Position numbers and translations under genes: made by a program. A DNA stretch of 64,000 bases from an uncultured Pseudobdellovibrionaceae bacterium (GTDB lineage Bacteria; Bdellovibrionota; Bdellovibrionia; Bdellovibrionales; JAGQZY01), in the NCBI GenBank assembly GCA_964579625.1, contig CAZOGU010000008.1:848-64847 (forward strand), in the 5' to 3' direction. The notes under the pieces are model-generated. The model was not told the origin of the DNA. It worked only from the letters and a program-made list of their open reading frames with translations, and did no database searches. Positions 18,321 through 27,774 of the stretch are shown piece after piece (the first letter of the stretch is position 1; the number at the start of each line of letters is the position of its first letter).

Positions 18321-18568
18321 AGCCTGTTCAGTACTTTTCCGACGAATATCTTGAACACTGTAAAAAAATGACCCCTCTTCAGATTGTAGGTTTTTTAGAA
18401 AACTATCGAAATCTCTTAGAAAAAAAAGAGCCTAGTATTTTGATTAGTATTAAAATTCCAAAAACTGTTCTTGATGATTTTAAATTTCGTTGCAAGAAGA
18501 ACCAAGTTAAATATCAAACACAAATAAAACAACTTATGCGGGATTGGCTGAACTCAGGTAAAAAGTAA
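18317..18568 (+). CDS. BrnA/CopG-like small antitoxin-type protein
   Basis: ISIKIPKTVLDDFKFRCKKNQVKYQTQIKQLMRDWL resembles the BrnA antitoxin C-terminus (..GYQT.I...LR..). ATGA overlap with the NTase gene. Confidence 0.55.
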   Translation: MKPVQYFSDEYLEHCKKMTPLQIVGFLENYRNLLEKKEPSILISIKIPKTVLDDFKFRCKKNQVKYQTQIKQLMRDWLNSGKK

Positions 18569-18581
18569 ACTCATCTCATTC

Positions 18582-18595
18582 TCTATTATGTTACA
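18582..18595 (+). repeat. right copy of 14-bp direct repeat tctattatgttaca
   Basis: Overlaps the last two codons and the stop of the kinase gene (..IVT*). Confidence 0.8.
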
Positions 18596-21450
18596 ATGAG
18601 GTGGCGGGAAATGATTCCGATGAGTTGTCTTCGGTCGATGGGCTTGACGACATGGTCGCTGAATCCATGCTCAAGACATTTTATGCGGTCTTCTTTCATC
18701 GCATAGGCCGTTAACGCGACAACAGGTCGATTGTATCCGATTGATCTTAATTTTTTTACCGCTTCGAAGCCATCCATTTCTGGCATTTGGATATCCATGA
18801 GAACAATCGCATAATCGTGAGTCATGGCGGCTGTGACACCGTCTTTTCCATTTTCTTGGGTGTCGACATGTGCGCCTGTGATTTTTAAGTAATGCGATAC
18901 AATGGTTCTATTTTCGGGGCTATCGTCGACCAAAAGGACTTTTTTACCCTCAAAAATTCCCTTCCAATTTTCGTCTTTTTTGACATCACCCGAATGGAGT
19001 CGCCAATTTTGATTGATGACTTGCGGTGGGTTTCCAGGATCAATGGTTACAATAAAAGTACTACCTACGCCGAATTCGCTTTCGAGTAGCTCGATGTCGC
19101 CACCCAGCGCATTGGCGAGCTTCTTCGACAAGATCAGTCCTAAACCAGTGCCGCCGAATTTTCTGCTAATGCTCGAGTTAGCTTGAGTGAATGGTGTAAA
19201 AAGTTTTTTAATATGATCTGGCGAGAGACCTTGCCCCGTATCCTTGATGATAAAAGCAATCTTTCTTTGACCTCGCGAATCGGTATGCAACTCTACGCTG
19301 ACTTTCACTGATCCATGATCTGTAAATTTAATCGCATTGCCAATCAAATTGACTAAGATCTGTCGAAGCCGCAAGGAGTCTGTTGAAATAATTTGCGGAA
19401 TGGATTCATCGATATCAAACGTGCACGTTAGATTTTTTTCTTTCGCCATAGGAATAAACATGGACTGAACTTCTTCGACAATCTCTTTTAAAGGAACATT
19501 CTGCTTTTCGACCTCGATCTTCCCCGCCTCTACTTTTGAGAGATCGAGAATGTCGTTGATGAGATTGGATAGCATAATCCCGCTTCGCTGAATCACTTGA
19601 AGACTGTCTTCCTTTTTTTCTTTTCCTATTGTTGAATCCTGTAGAATTTCTGAAAAGCCCAATATGGCAGTCAGTGGCGTTCGAATCTCGTGACTCATAT
19701 TTGCCAAAAATGCACTCTTTGTTGCATTGGCCACTTCCGCCTCAGCCTTCGCATTTGTTAGCTCTGCTTCCACCTCTTTGTATTTTGTAACATCGTTTCC
19801 GACGACAATAAATCCAGTGACGCTTTCGTTCTCGGCATATTCGGGAATAAATTTAAATTCGTAGTTTCTATCAGAAAAACCAAACTCGAGTTTGATTTCG
19901 AGAGCTGCAACCTTACCTTTTAAAGCTGAAAGGACCGCAGGTTTCTGCTCAAGATATGTATCCTCGTCCACCAAGTCCTTTAAGGCTCGGCCAATCACTT
20001 GCTCCTTACTGATTTTAAAAAGTTTAACAAATGAATCGTTGGCAAAAAGGATCACTTCGTTTTTATCAAACTGTGCAATAGCCACCGGGACCGAATTGGC
20101 AACCAAATGGAGTTGCAATTCTCGACTATGAAGTTCTTGAGTGCGCGCGGCCACACGCGACTCCAGATCTTCGTTGAGTTTGAGTAATTTTTGCTCTGCT
20201 AATTTTCTGTCTGTAATATCATGGGTGATTTTTAAAAAACCAGTTGGCTTACCGGCGTTATCGTAAAGCGCTCGCATTACCACTTCGGCCCAGAAGGTCG
20301 TTCCATCTCGGCGCAGCCTCAAACCTTCCGTTGATGATTTTCCATAGAGTCTGGCCCGCTGGAGAGATTCTGAAGGCACTTTGTTTCGTCGATCTTCTGG
20401 GGTATAAAAAATGGAAAAGTGCTGACCAATGGCTTCTTCAGACGTGTATCCCTTGATCTTTTCTCCCCCTTTATTCCAACTCGTAATGAACCCATCAATA
20501 CTTAACGTAAAAATCGCATAATCCTCAACGGCTTCAATAATGATATGAAGAGTTTCATCTTTTTTGAGGTTCGAACTTTCCAATTTCTTTTGCTGATGTG
20601 TACTATCTCTTAAATCGATAATCATTTTATTGAGCGACACTGCCAATTGACCCAATTCATCTCGAGAATAGACTGGCGCCAATACAGAAAAGTTTCCTCT
20701 CCCCACTTCGGCCGTGGTGTTCATTAACTCATTTAAGTTTTTCGTCAGATTGCTACTAAACTGATATGTGAGAAAAATCCCCGTACTCTCGATCGTAAAG
20801 ACCACGAGAACGAGCACAGTGAGCAGCAACCACTCTAACCACCGAGAGCCTTCACTCAAAGCTGAGGAGAATGCATTTTCAACAACTGTAAGCTCCGCAT
20901 TGATCTTTGCAACTCGTTTTAAGATCTCACGAACTTCTGGAGCGCCTTTGCCTTTTGTACGAATCACTCGATCCATAAAATCGGCATTGATTCTTAATTC
21001 ATCCAGCAAACCATCCGCCTGAATCCAAGCTTTCACCGCGTCTTGAATATAACTGATTTTGTTAAATCGTATGAGCAAATTGATCATTCGATCAATATCG
21101 ACGGGATCATTTTTACCTTGAATAAAGCCTTTACGCACGATTTCGCGATCAAATTGCGGTTTTTCTAACTCGATTCGAGCAAGATGGTCGCCCTGTGTGA
21201 CGCTCAGAGAATCCATAAAATCCTGATACGATTTTTGATTCCCGTCGAGAGCATATTGATACAAACTGTGCACAGCGTCTTTTTGTGCCTTGGACCAGAG
21301 TCCCTCACCCACAACGAATGCGCGAACAGAAGACAGTGTGGTCATGGCAAAATGTAAAATAAGCAGTTCGGCAGCAATCAACATCGCCATCAAGCCGACA
21401 ACAGCATAGAGCTTCTTTGAAACTGCTAGGTTGGACCACATTTTTCTCAT
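18586..21450 (-). CDS. hybrid sensor histidine kinase (sensor domain-HAMP-PAS-PAS-HisKA-HATPase-REC)
   Basis: H-box FLANMSHEIRTPL, N/G boxes LVNLIGNAIKFT and DTGQGL..GGTGLGL. C-terminal receiver LLVDD..VLMDIQMPEMDG..VKP. Two PAS-like segments. Confidence 0.9.
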   Translation of the reverse strand: MRKMWSNLAVSKKLYAVVGLMAMLIAAELLILHFAMTTLSSVRAFVVGEGLWSKAQKDAVHSLYQYALDGNQKSYQDFMDSLSVTQGDHLARIELEKPQFDREIVRKGFIQGKNDPVDIDRMINLLIRFNKISYIQDAVKAWIQADGLLDELRINADFMDRVIRTKGKGAPEVREILKRVAKINAELTVVENAFSSALSEGSRWLEWLLLTVLVLVVFTIESTGIFLTYQFSSNLTKNLNELMNTTAEVGRGNFSVLAPVYSRDELGQLAVSLNKMIIDLRDSTHQQKKLESSNLKKDETLHIIIEAVEDYAIFTLSIDGFITSWNKGGEKIKGYTSEEAIGQHFSIFYTPEDRRNKVPSESLQRARLYGKSSTEGLRLRRDGTTFWAEVVMRALYDNAGKPTGFLKITHDITDRKLAEQKLLKLNEDLESRVAARTQELHSRELQLHLVANSVPVAIAQFDKNEVILFANDSFVKLFKISKEQVIGRALKDLVDEDTYLEQKPAVLSALKGKVAALEIKLEFGFSDRNYEFKFIPEYAENESVTGFIVVGNDVTKYKEVEAELTNAKAEAEVANATKSAFLANMSHEIRTPLTAILGFSEILQDSTIGKEKKEDSLQVIQRSGIMLSNLINDILDLSKVEAGKIEVEKQNVPLKEIVEEVQSMFIPMAKEKNLTCTFDIDESIPQIISTDSLRLRQILVNLIGNAIKFTDHGSVKVSVELHTDSRGQRKIAFIIKDTGQGLSPDHIKKLFTPFTQANSSISRKFGGTGLGLILSKKLANALGGDIELLESEFGVGSTFIVTIDPGNPPQVINQNWRLHSGDVKKDENWKGIFEGKKVLLVDDSPENRTIVSHYLKITGAHVDTQENGKDGVTAAMTHDYAIVLMDIQMPEMDGFEAVKKLRSIGYNRPVVALTAYAMKEDRIKCLEHGFSDHVVKPIDRRQLIGIISRHLIVT

Positions 21451-21682
21451 ATTTAATACTTTCTATTCATACACATAGTTTATCATGCGAACTAGTAATA
21501 TTATGTGATGAATTCTTAACATTTGCTCTTCTTAAAGAGATGATTCGGTGTCAACTTGAGACCGTATTTATCATTATCTTTTTAAGACATTTTGTAAAAA
21601 CGCGACCCCGACTTTGCTATGTAATTCATCAAAAACTTGTTATTTTTTTGCGGCTCTAAAATTCCTGTGCTCCAATGATCAA

Positions 21683-22543
21683 ATGCTGCTTCAGTTGTTG
21701 GTATTGACCTTCTTATCCCTCGCAGAACAAACAAAAACACCCACCCCTTATTTACTCTCAAATCCCAAAAATAAACAAAACCAAGCCTTTAAAAGTCATT
21801 CTCTGGGACACCTTCTTTCGAGCAATAATAACGTTTTGCCAGACAGAAAATGGAGTGCAGGCTCCATGTATCTCGGCTATGGCCTCTCGAACAACTGGAC
21901 AATCGCCACAAGTCCCTTTGTCACTTATTCCTTCAGCATGATAAATCTGACTACAAGAGCGGCGTATGATCTCGACAAAAAGCGACGCATTGGTTTTGAT
22001 CTGGGTTATTTTAAAACATATGGAAATTCAGAGAGCGAATTTGCAGGTGAGTGCGCAGCGCTGAACGGGGGAATCGCCAATGATGCTTGTGCCTATCAGC
22101 TCGAGCAGATCAAAGGATTTAAAACTTTTAAAATGGAAGCCTGGTCTTTTAAATTCACTTACAACAAACTCGTCCTCCCCCGCTATCGTTTTAACACCAC
22201 CGTCAGCTATTTTTATTATCTAGATTCACGAAGACCTTTTTCTCTGCGCATGGATCCGCAAAATAATGACAAGTACGCACTCAACCTCACAACACTTCAT
22301 GAATTTCGCCTTAAGCCAAACAAGTTTCTTCATGCAGAAGTCGGCTTATGGGGATTGAATTACGAATACCTTTATTACCACACCGGTCTGAGCTACAGCT
22401 ACCAACGTGGAAACTGGCTATGGAACGGTGGCCTCACTTCCACCTTCAGTCCCAGCTTCCCGCACGAAAGAGAACGCCGCTTCAACTACTACAAAAGCCG
22501 CCTCGCCATCCACCCAGAAGTCCAAATCCAATACTTTTTTTAA
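21683..22543 (+). CDS. putative outer-membrane beta-barrel protein
   Basis: Hydrophobic N-terminus (MLLQLLVLTFLSLAEQ), Tyr/Gly-rich alternating strands and a C-terminal ..IQYFF aromatic terminus. Start trimmed from the TTG at 21614. Confidence 0.5.
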   Translation: MLLQLLVLTFLSLAEQTKTPTPYLLSNPKNKQNQAFKSHSLGHLLSSNNNVLPDRKWSAGSMYLGYGLSNNWTIATSPFVTYSFSMINLTTRAAYDLDKKRRIGFDLGYFKTYGNSESEFAGECAALNGGIANDACAYQLEQIKGFKTFKMEAWSFKFTYNKLVLPRYRFNTTVSYFYYLDSRRPFSLRMDPQNNDKYALNLTTLHEFRLKPNKFLHAEVGLWGLNYEYLYYHTGLSYSYQRGNWLWNGGLTSTFSPSFPHERERRFNYYKSRLAIHPEVQIQYFF

Positions 22544-23814
22544 ACGGATTCTAAAATGGCCGCCACACCCATGCCGCCGGCTGTGCAAATGGAAATCAAT
22601 CCGCGCTTCTTCCCACCTGCTTGGGAAAGAATTTTGGCAAGGCTTGCTACAATTCGACCGCCCGTCGCCGCAAAGGGATGACCCAGCGCAAGGCTTCCAC
22701 CTTTGATGTTCATTTTGCTTCGATCGATGGAACCTAAGGCTTTGTCTTTACCTAGGTACTTTTTGGCGTAACTATCCGTTTCCCATGCTTTGAGGGTGCA
22801 GAGCACTTGTCCAGCGAAGGCTTCGTGGATTTCATAAAAATCAAAATCTTGCAGTTTGAGATTGTTTCGATCTAGGAGTTTCGAGACCGCCACCGTCGGT
22901 GCCATCAGTAATCCATCTCCGCCCACAAAATCGATCGCCGCCACTTGTGCATCCACAAAGCGAGCGAGGGGCTTGAGATTTTTTTTCTGAGCTTGTTCTT
23001 CACTTGCAAAAAGCACAACCGATGAGCCATCCGTGAGGGGTGTGCTATTTCCCGCAGTTAAAGTTCCACTTGAGGTTTTATCAAAGGCAGGCTTTAACGT
23101 TTTTAATTTTTCTATTTTTGTATCAGCTCGTAAAATCCCATCTCTTTTTAACCCACCCACATCGCAAATAAGATCTTCATAAAAGCCCTCGTCGTAGGCC
23201 TTGGCACCCCGCTGGTGACTGACAAAGGCCAACTCATCCTGATCCTCACGCGAAATTTTCCATTCTTTCACCATCAGCTCGCAATGCTCTCCCATAGAGA
23301 ACCCCGTTCGTTTTTCGGCCACCATGGGTGCCACAGGCGCTAAAAATTGGGGCCGAAAACTAGCAAGGATTCCCATTTTTTCGGTAAAACTTCGCGCGCT
23401 GTTTAAACGCAGGAACATTTTTTTGAGTCCCTCGGACGCCATCAGCGGCAGATCACTATTGGTGTCCACTCCGCCGGCGATGCCCCAGTCGATTTGCCCT
23501 GCTGAGATTTTAAGAGCAATCTGTAAAGCAGCCTCGAGGCCCGTTCCGCAAGCACGTTGAACAAAATAAGCGGGAGTGTACGGATGGAGTCCCGAAGAAA
23601 GCACTGCTTCGCGCGGCATCGGCCACTCTTTAGAACTGTTCATCACCGCACCGAGTGCCACATCTCCCAGCACTTGATTTTGCAATTGATACTTTTGCAC
23701 AAGCGCCATCAAACTCAGTTCTTGGAGTTTTTGCGTTGGTATTTCTTTGAAGTTCGTAAAAGATTTGACGAAAGGTGTGCGCACTCCACCGACGACGTAA
23801 ACTGGTTTTGCCAT
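22540..23814 (-). CDS. acetyl-CoA C-acyltransferase (thiolase, FadA/FadI-like)
   Basis: VGGVRTPFVKS, RACGTGLEAA (active-site Cys), GGSLALGHPFAATGGR, CTAGGMGVAAILE. Confidence 0.9.
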   Translation of the reverse strand: MAKPVYVVGGVRTPFVKSFTNFKEIPTQKLQELSLMALVQKYQLQNQVLGDVALGAVMNSSKEWPMPREAVLSSGLHPYTPAYFVQRACGTGLEAALQIALKISAGQIDWGIAGGVDTNSDLPLMASEGLKKMFLRLNSARSFTEKMGILASFRPQFLAPVAPMVAEKRTGFSMGEHCELMVKEWKISREDQDELAFVSHQRGAKAYDEGFYEDLICDVGGLKRDGILRADTKIEKLKTLKPAFDKTSSGTLTAGNSTPLTDGSSVVLFASEEQAQKKNLKPLARFVDAQVAAIDFVGGDGLLMAPTVAVSKLLDRNNLKLQDFDFYEIHEAFAGQVLCTLKAWETDSYAKKYLGKDKALGSIDRSKMNIKGGSLALGHPFAATGGRIVASLAKILSQAGGKKRGLISICTAGGMGVAAILESV

Positions 23815-23851
23815 TTTGAGCTCCTATTTTGAAAACAGCCTGAGATATCCT

Positions 23852-23908
23852 GTCATCTTGAGCAAAGCGAAAGATCTCGTCAAGATCCTTCCCTTCGGTC
23901 AGGATGAC
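23852..23908. repeat. imperfect 25-bp-arm palindrome of the GTCATCCTGAGCGAAG-type repeat family (copy C1)
   Basis: gtcatcttgagcaaagcgaaagatc - tcgtcaa - gatccttcccttcggtcaggatgac, in the divergent thiolase / carbonic anhydrase intergenic region. Confidence 0.75.
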
Positions 23909-24006
23909 GGAGCGTCTAGATAAAGGTCTAGCTCTCTGATGTTTAAACCTAGACCTTCCCTTCATTCCTGCTAACCTAGTGGGGAATCAAAAAGGAGAGT
24001 TTCATC

Positions 24007-24804
24007 ATGAAGTTACAACATATTTTCACATTAGCAACGATGGCTATTTTCGTAAACGCTTGCAGCTCTAAACCGGCGGTAGTCGAAGAGCCTGCTTCAC
24101 CACAACCTTCAGCATCCGCTGATCCAATTCCATCTCCTGCATTCGCATGGGGTTATGAGGGAGAAAAGGCTGCCGAAAATTGGGCCATGCTCAATCCCGG
24201 AAATGCTCTTTGCGCCACTGGCAAAAAACAATCCCCAATCAACCTCGCATGGAGAAAACCTTCCAAAAAAGCACCTCGCATGGATTTTAGCTACACAGCT
24301 GTTCCTGCTGTGGCCGACTTAACGTCTCCCGTGCCACATCTTAAAATCACTGGCGGCAATCAGCTTTTACTCAATGGCAAAGTTTTTAATTTAGAGCGCA
24401 TCGAGTTCCATTCTCCGAGTGAACACCAATTGAGCAAAAATGCGATGAGCATGGAGATTCAATTTATCCATAAAGCAGTCAGTGGCGAAACCATGGCGGC
24501 GCTTTCTATTTTTGCGATCGAAGGTCGTGAAAACAGCCTCCTCAACGACGTTTGGGCTCAGTTTATAAACCCCACTCCTGCGGGCATGACGTTTGACGCT
24601 AACCTCCTTATTCCTCCGCAAAAAACTCATTACAGCTACAAAGGATCGCTCACTTCGCCTCCTTGCACCGAAGGCGTGGATTGGATTGTTTTCAATACAC
24701 CGACTGAGCTTTCCAAAGAACAAATCTTGGCCTTCCGTTCTAAATTTGCAGCTAACAGTCGACCCACCCAACCTCTCAATGGTAGAAAGATTTCGAACCA
24801 TTAA
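24007..24804 (+). CDS. alpha-class carbonic anhydrase, lipoprotein
   Basis: QSPINL, EFHSPSEH, MEIQFIH (zinc His ligands), YKGSLTSPPCTEGVDW. Lipobox VNAC. Confidence 0.85.
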   Translation: MKLQHIFTLATMAIFVNACSSKPAVVEEPASPQPSASADPIPSPAFAWGYEGEKAAENWAMLNPGNALCATGKKQSPINLAWRKPSKKAPRMDFSYTAVPAVADLTSPVPHLKITGGNQLLLNGKVFNLERIEFHSPSEHQLSKNAMSMEIQFIHKAVSGETMAALSIFAIEGRENSLLNDVWAQFINPTPAGMTFDANLLIPPQKTHYSYKGSLTSPPCTEGVDWIVFNTPTELSKEQILAFRSKFAANSRPTQPLNGRKISNH

Positions 24805-24818
24805 TCTCTGAGGTGCCC

Positions 24819-25613
24819 ATGACTGTTTCGACGCTTTTTGAAAAAATGTGGGTGGATTACACCACCCTCAATCCCAGTGTTCTTAAGGTGTTTGATGTTT
24901 TTAAAAAGCGAAACGAAACAGTCATTAACGATCACGTTGCTTTTCGAACCTATAACGATCCACGCATTGGTTTAAAAGCTCTTTCACAATTTTTTGTCAA
25001 AAACGGCTATAGTAAAAAAGGTGAGTATCATTTTAAAGTGAAAAAGCTTTACGCCGAACACTTTGAACATGCTGATGCAAAAATGCCAAAAGTTTTTATC
25101 AGCGAACTCCTCACCGAACAAATGACCGAGCCCACGCAAAAAATCATTCGTTCGCTCATCGAACAAATGGATTTTTCCCTTGCTCAGAAAGACGACTTTT
25201 GCATCAGCGGCCGTCCGTGGAAGGTGACTTATACCGATTATCAATCTCTCCTTCAGGAGAGCGAATACGCCGCGTGGATGTCGGCCTTCGGCTTTCGGGT
25301 GAATCATTTTACTGTTTTAGTGAATGAGCTCAAATCTCTTCACAATCTCACCGAGGTCAATACCGCCCTTAAACAAGCCGGCTTTCGGCTGAATACCAGT
25401 GGCGGGGAAATTAAGGGGACTCAGGCCATTGGCCTTGAGCAGTCTTCGATTTTAGCAGAGGCAGTGAAAGTGCCCTTCGCCGATGGAACTTTTGAGATAC
25501 CCGCTTGTTATTATGAATTTGCTCATCGTTTCCCGGTGGGTGGGAAACTTTACAACGGTTTTGTTGAGCAGTCGGCTGATAAAATCTTTGAAAGCACGAA
25601 TGTGAGAAACTAA
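24819..25613 (+). CDS. DUF1338 / VOC-superfamily protein (HglS/YdcJ-like 2-oxoadipate dioxygenase family)
   Basis: NDHVAFRTY near the N-terminus and ~265-aa size fit DUF1338. Start set at the ATG 6 nt after GAGG rather than the GTG at 24813. Confidence 0.6.
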   Translation: MTVSTLFEKMWVDYTTLNPSVLKVFDVFKKRNETVINDHVAFRTYNDPRIGLKALSQFFVKNGYSKKGEYHFKVKKLYAEHFEHADAKMPKVFISELLTEQMTEPTQKIIRSLIEQMDFSLAQKDDFCISGRPWKVTYTDYQSLLQESEYAAWMSAFGFRVNHFTVLVNELKSLHNLTEVNTALKQAGFRLNTSGGEIKGTQAIGLEQSSILAEAVKVPFADGTFEIPACYYEFAHRFPVGGKLYNGFVEQSADKIFESTNVRN

Positions 25614-26596
25614 TGTTGTCACGCCCCCGTCGCAATCGCCAAACAGTTGCTGTGAGAAATCTTGTACGAGAAACTCTTCTCTCTCCTTTTGATTTTATTT
25701 ATCCAGTTTTTATTGTCGAAGGACAAAAACAAAAACAACCCATCTCTGCTCTTCCGGGACAGTTTCGTTATTCGATCGACGAGCTTTTAAAGGTTTGCGA
25801 AGAACTTGAAAAATTACAAATCCCAGGACTTGTGCTTTTTCCAAAAATTGAGGACTCACTCAAAAACGAATCCGCCAGCGAAGCGCTCAATCCAAAAGGT
25901 TTGGTGCCCAAAACAATTCGCGAGATCAAAAAGCATTTTCCTGATTTGGTCGTGTTTACGGATATTGCGCTTGATCCATTTTCAAGTGATGGTCACGATG
26001 GCATTTTGAAAAATGGAGAAATCCTCAATGACGAAACCGTACAAGTGCTTGCAAAAATGTCTTTGGTTCATGCCGAAGCGGGTGCTGATTTTGTAGCTCC
26101 TTCGGATATGATGGACGGACGAGTTAAAAATATTCGTTTTGCACTTGATCAAAAAGATTTTAAGAACGTAGGAATTCTTTCCTATACCGCCAAATACGCT
26201 TCGAGCTTTTACGGCCCCTTTCGCTCGGCTTTGGATTCGGCTCCTCGCTCGGGTGACAAAAAAACATATCAAATGGACCCAGCTAACACCCGTGAAGCCT
26301 TGCGAGAATTAAAGCTTGATATTGCCGAGGGCGCCGACATCGTGATGGTCAAACCCGCACTCCCGTACCTCGATATCATCCGATTATTTAAACAGCACAG
26401 CACACTCCCCATCGCCGCCTACAATGTCAGTGGCGAATATGCAATGGTTAAAGCCGCGGGAGAAAAGGGCTGGATCAACGAAAAGGCTGTTCGCGACGAA
26501 GCCCTGTTAAGTATTAAGCGCGCCGGTGCAGATATTATTTTTAGCTATTTTGCGATCGAATACGCCAGAGACTATTGGGCTGCGACAAAAAAATAA
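25613..26596 (+). CDS. hemB: porphobilinogen synthase (delta-aminolevulinate dehydratase)
   Basis: RPRRNR, DIALDPFSSDGHDG (Asp-rich, non-Cys metal site), VMVKPALPYLDI (Schiff-base Lys region), SGEYAM. Confidence 0.95.
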   Translation: MLSRPRRNRQTVAVRNLVRETLLSPFDFIYPVFIVEGQKQKQPISALPGQFRYSIDELLKVCEELEKLQIPGLVLFPKIEDSLKNESASEALNPKGLVPKTIREIKKHFPDLVVFTDIALDPFSSDGHDGILKNGEILNDETVQVLAKMSLVHAEAGADFVAPSDMMDGRVKNIRFALDQKDFKNVGILSYTAKYASSFYGPFRSALDSAPRSGDKKTYQMDPANTREALRELKLDIAEGADIVMVKPALPYLDIIRLFKQHSTLPIAAYNVSGEYAMVKAAGEKGWINEKAVRDEALLSIKRAGADIIFSYFAIEYARDYWAATKK

Positions 26597-26597
26597 A

Positions 26598-26981
26598 TTA
26601 TTTTGTTTTAGCACCGTTTCCAAATAAATTTTGGAAACGAAAAAACCATTCGTTGAGTTGATTTTTTAGACCTGATGGGCCTGCGACAAAAAGCATGTGC
26701 TCCTCGCGCTTACAGAAGCTTTTCTGGTCATCACAAACAAATAATTCAATCTTCTGCTGCCCAGAAACAGTCATCTCACACTCAGCTCGTTGCTCAGTGA
26801 TTTGCGATAAACGTCCCTGACCGCATTGATTGGGGCTCTTGAGATTGAACTGATGCCCGGCTACGGGCTCAAATAACACTGTTTGATTGAGCTGCACTTG
26901 CTGAAAAAAAGGCTTAATCAGAGTTTCCGGCCCCAGCTCACAAAATGAAAATACAGAAATAAAAAGTAAGTTTAAAATCAT
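26598..26981 (-). CDS. hypothetical Cys-containing secreted protein
   Basis: Hydrophobic N-terminus and five Cys. No recognised domain. Confidence 0.4.
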   Translation of the reverse strand: MILNLLFISVFSFCELGPETLIKPFFQQVQLNQTVLFEPVAGHQFNLKSPNQCGQGRLSQITEQRAECEMTVSGQQKIELFVCDDQKSFCKREEHMLFVAGPSGLKNQLNEWFFRFQNLFGNGAKTK

Positions 26982-26985
26982 GTCT

Positions 26986-27657
26986 TTAGTTAAATAGCAC
27001 GACTTCGTAGCTGGCGATAGCCTTTTCGTCCTTAATCTGTCGGATCAAGAGTCGCATTCCTTTTTTCATTTTACCAGGGCGACGTGTGGCGAAGGAAAAA
27101 CCTGTCTCACTACAGGGCGTGCTGTCCTCTTCGAGACTCACACCTCGAGCGTCGTCAAAGACTTCGAGTTCCACAGTGCTCCCCTCGGAGCATTGCCCGT
27201 GCGCCAGGAGATCCGAAAATGTGCCATCCATGTTTTTCATCGATGTCATCCCCTGATGCACTTCGAGCTTTGCTTGATAGTCTTTGTAACTGACCACCAC
27301 TAACACCTGAGTGAGGGTTTTATCTTTTTTCTCTTCATGAAAAAATCGAGCGCGCAAAACATAGTTTGATTTTTTTGCTCGACGCTCCTTCATCTCCTCT
27401 TTGGGAAAGGAATGCATGTACTCAAAACTTTGAGTTTCTCCGCACGGAAATGTTTTTGTAAGCTCGCCGATTTGCAATGTGGTGGTTTTTGCACCCTCGA
27501 CGCACTTGACGTTCATTGGGATCTGAATCATCGTACCATCCACTTGCACGTCACCCACGTCCACAATGATTTTTAACTCATCTGAATCTACTTTTTTTGA
27601 AGTCGAACAGTTTACAACAAGACTACAAATACAAAAAAGAGCAAAATATTTTTTCAT
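26986..27657 (-). CDS. hypothetical lipoprotein
   Basis: Start trimmed to MKKYFALFCICSLVVNCS (lipobox VNC). No recognised domain. Confidence 0.5.
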   Translation of the reverse strand: MKKYFALFCICSLVVNCSTSKKVDSDELKIIVDVGDVQVDGTMIQIPMNVKCVEGAKTTTLQIGELTKTFPCGETQSFEYMHSFPKEEMKERRAKKSNYVLRARFFHEEKKDKTLTQVLVVVSYKDYQAKLEVHQGMTSMKNMDGTFSDLLAHGQCSEGSTVELEVFDDARGVSLEEDSTPCSETGFSFATRRPGKMKKGMRLLIRQIKDEKAIASYEVVLFN

Positions 27658-27728
27658 AGAATTCAGATTAGCACCGCAGATCCTTGGCGTGTAGGTGGCA
27701 ACGTCAAACATCGACTATCGTCCAGAGT

Positions 27729-27753
27729 GTAGCTCCGCTTCGCTCGGGATGAC
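27729..27753. repeat. GTCATCCTGAGCGAAG-type repeat, single half-copy (C2)
   Basis: The minus strand reads gtcatcccgagcgaagcggagctac, in the apt / lipoprotein intergenic region. Confidence 0.6.
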
Positions 27754-27774
27754 GGCATGACTACTGACGGTGGG

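Larger units (their letters stand above)
17787..18595 (+). mobile_element. possible inserted two-gene cassette bounded by 14-bp direct repeats
   Basis: The direct repeats bracket exactly one promoter/operator plus the NTase and BrnA-like genes. No recombinase lies inside. Confidence 0.35.

Noticed and set aside
23630-23965. 111-aa ORF spanning the thiolase 5' end and the intergenic repeat.
   Set aside because: Its only distinctive peptide (..FRFAQDDR..) is the translation of the palindromic repeat, and the rest is antisense to the thiolase gene.
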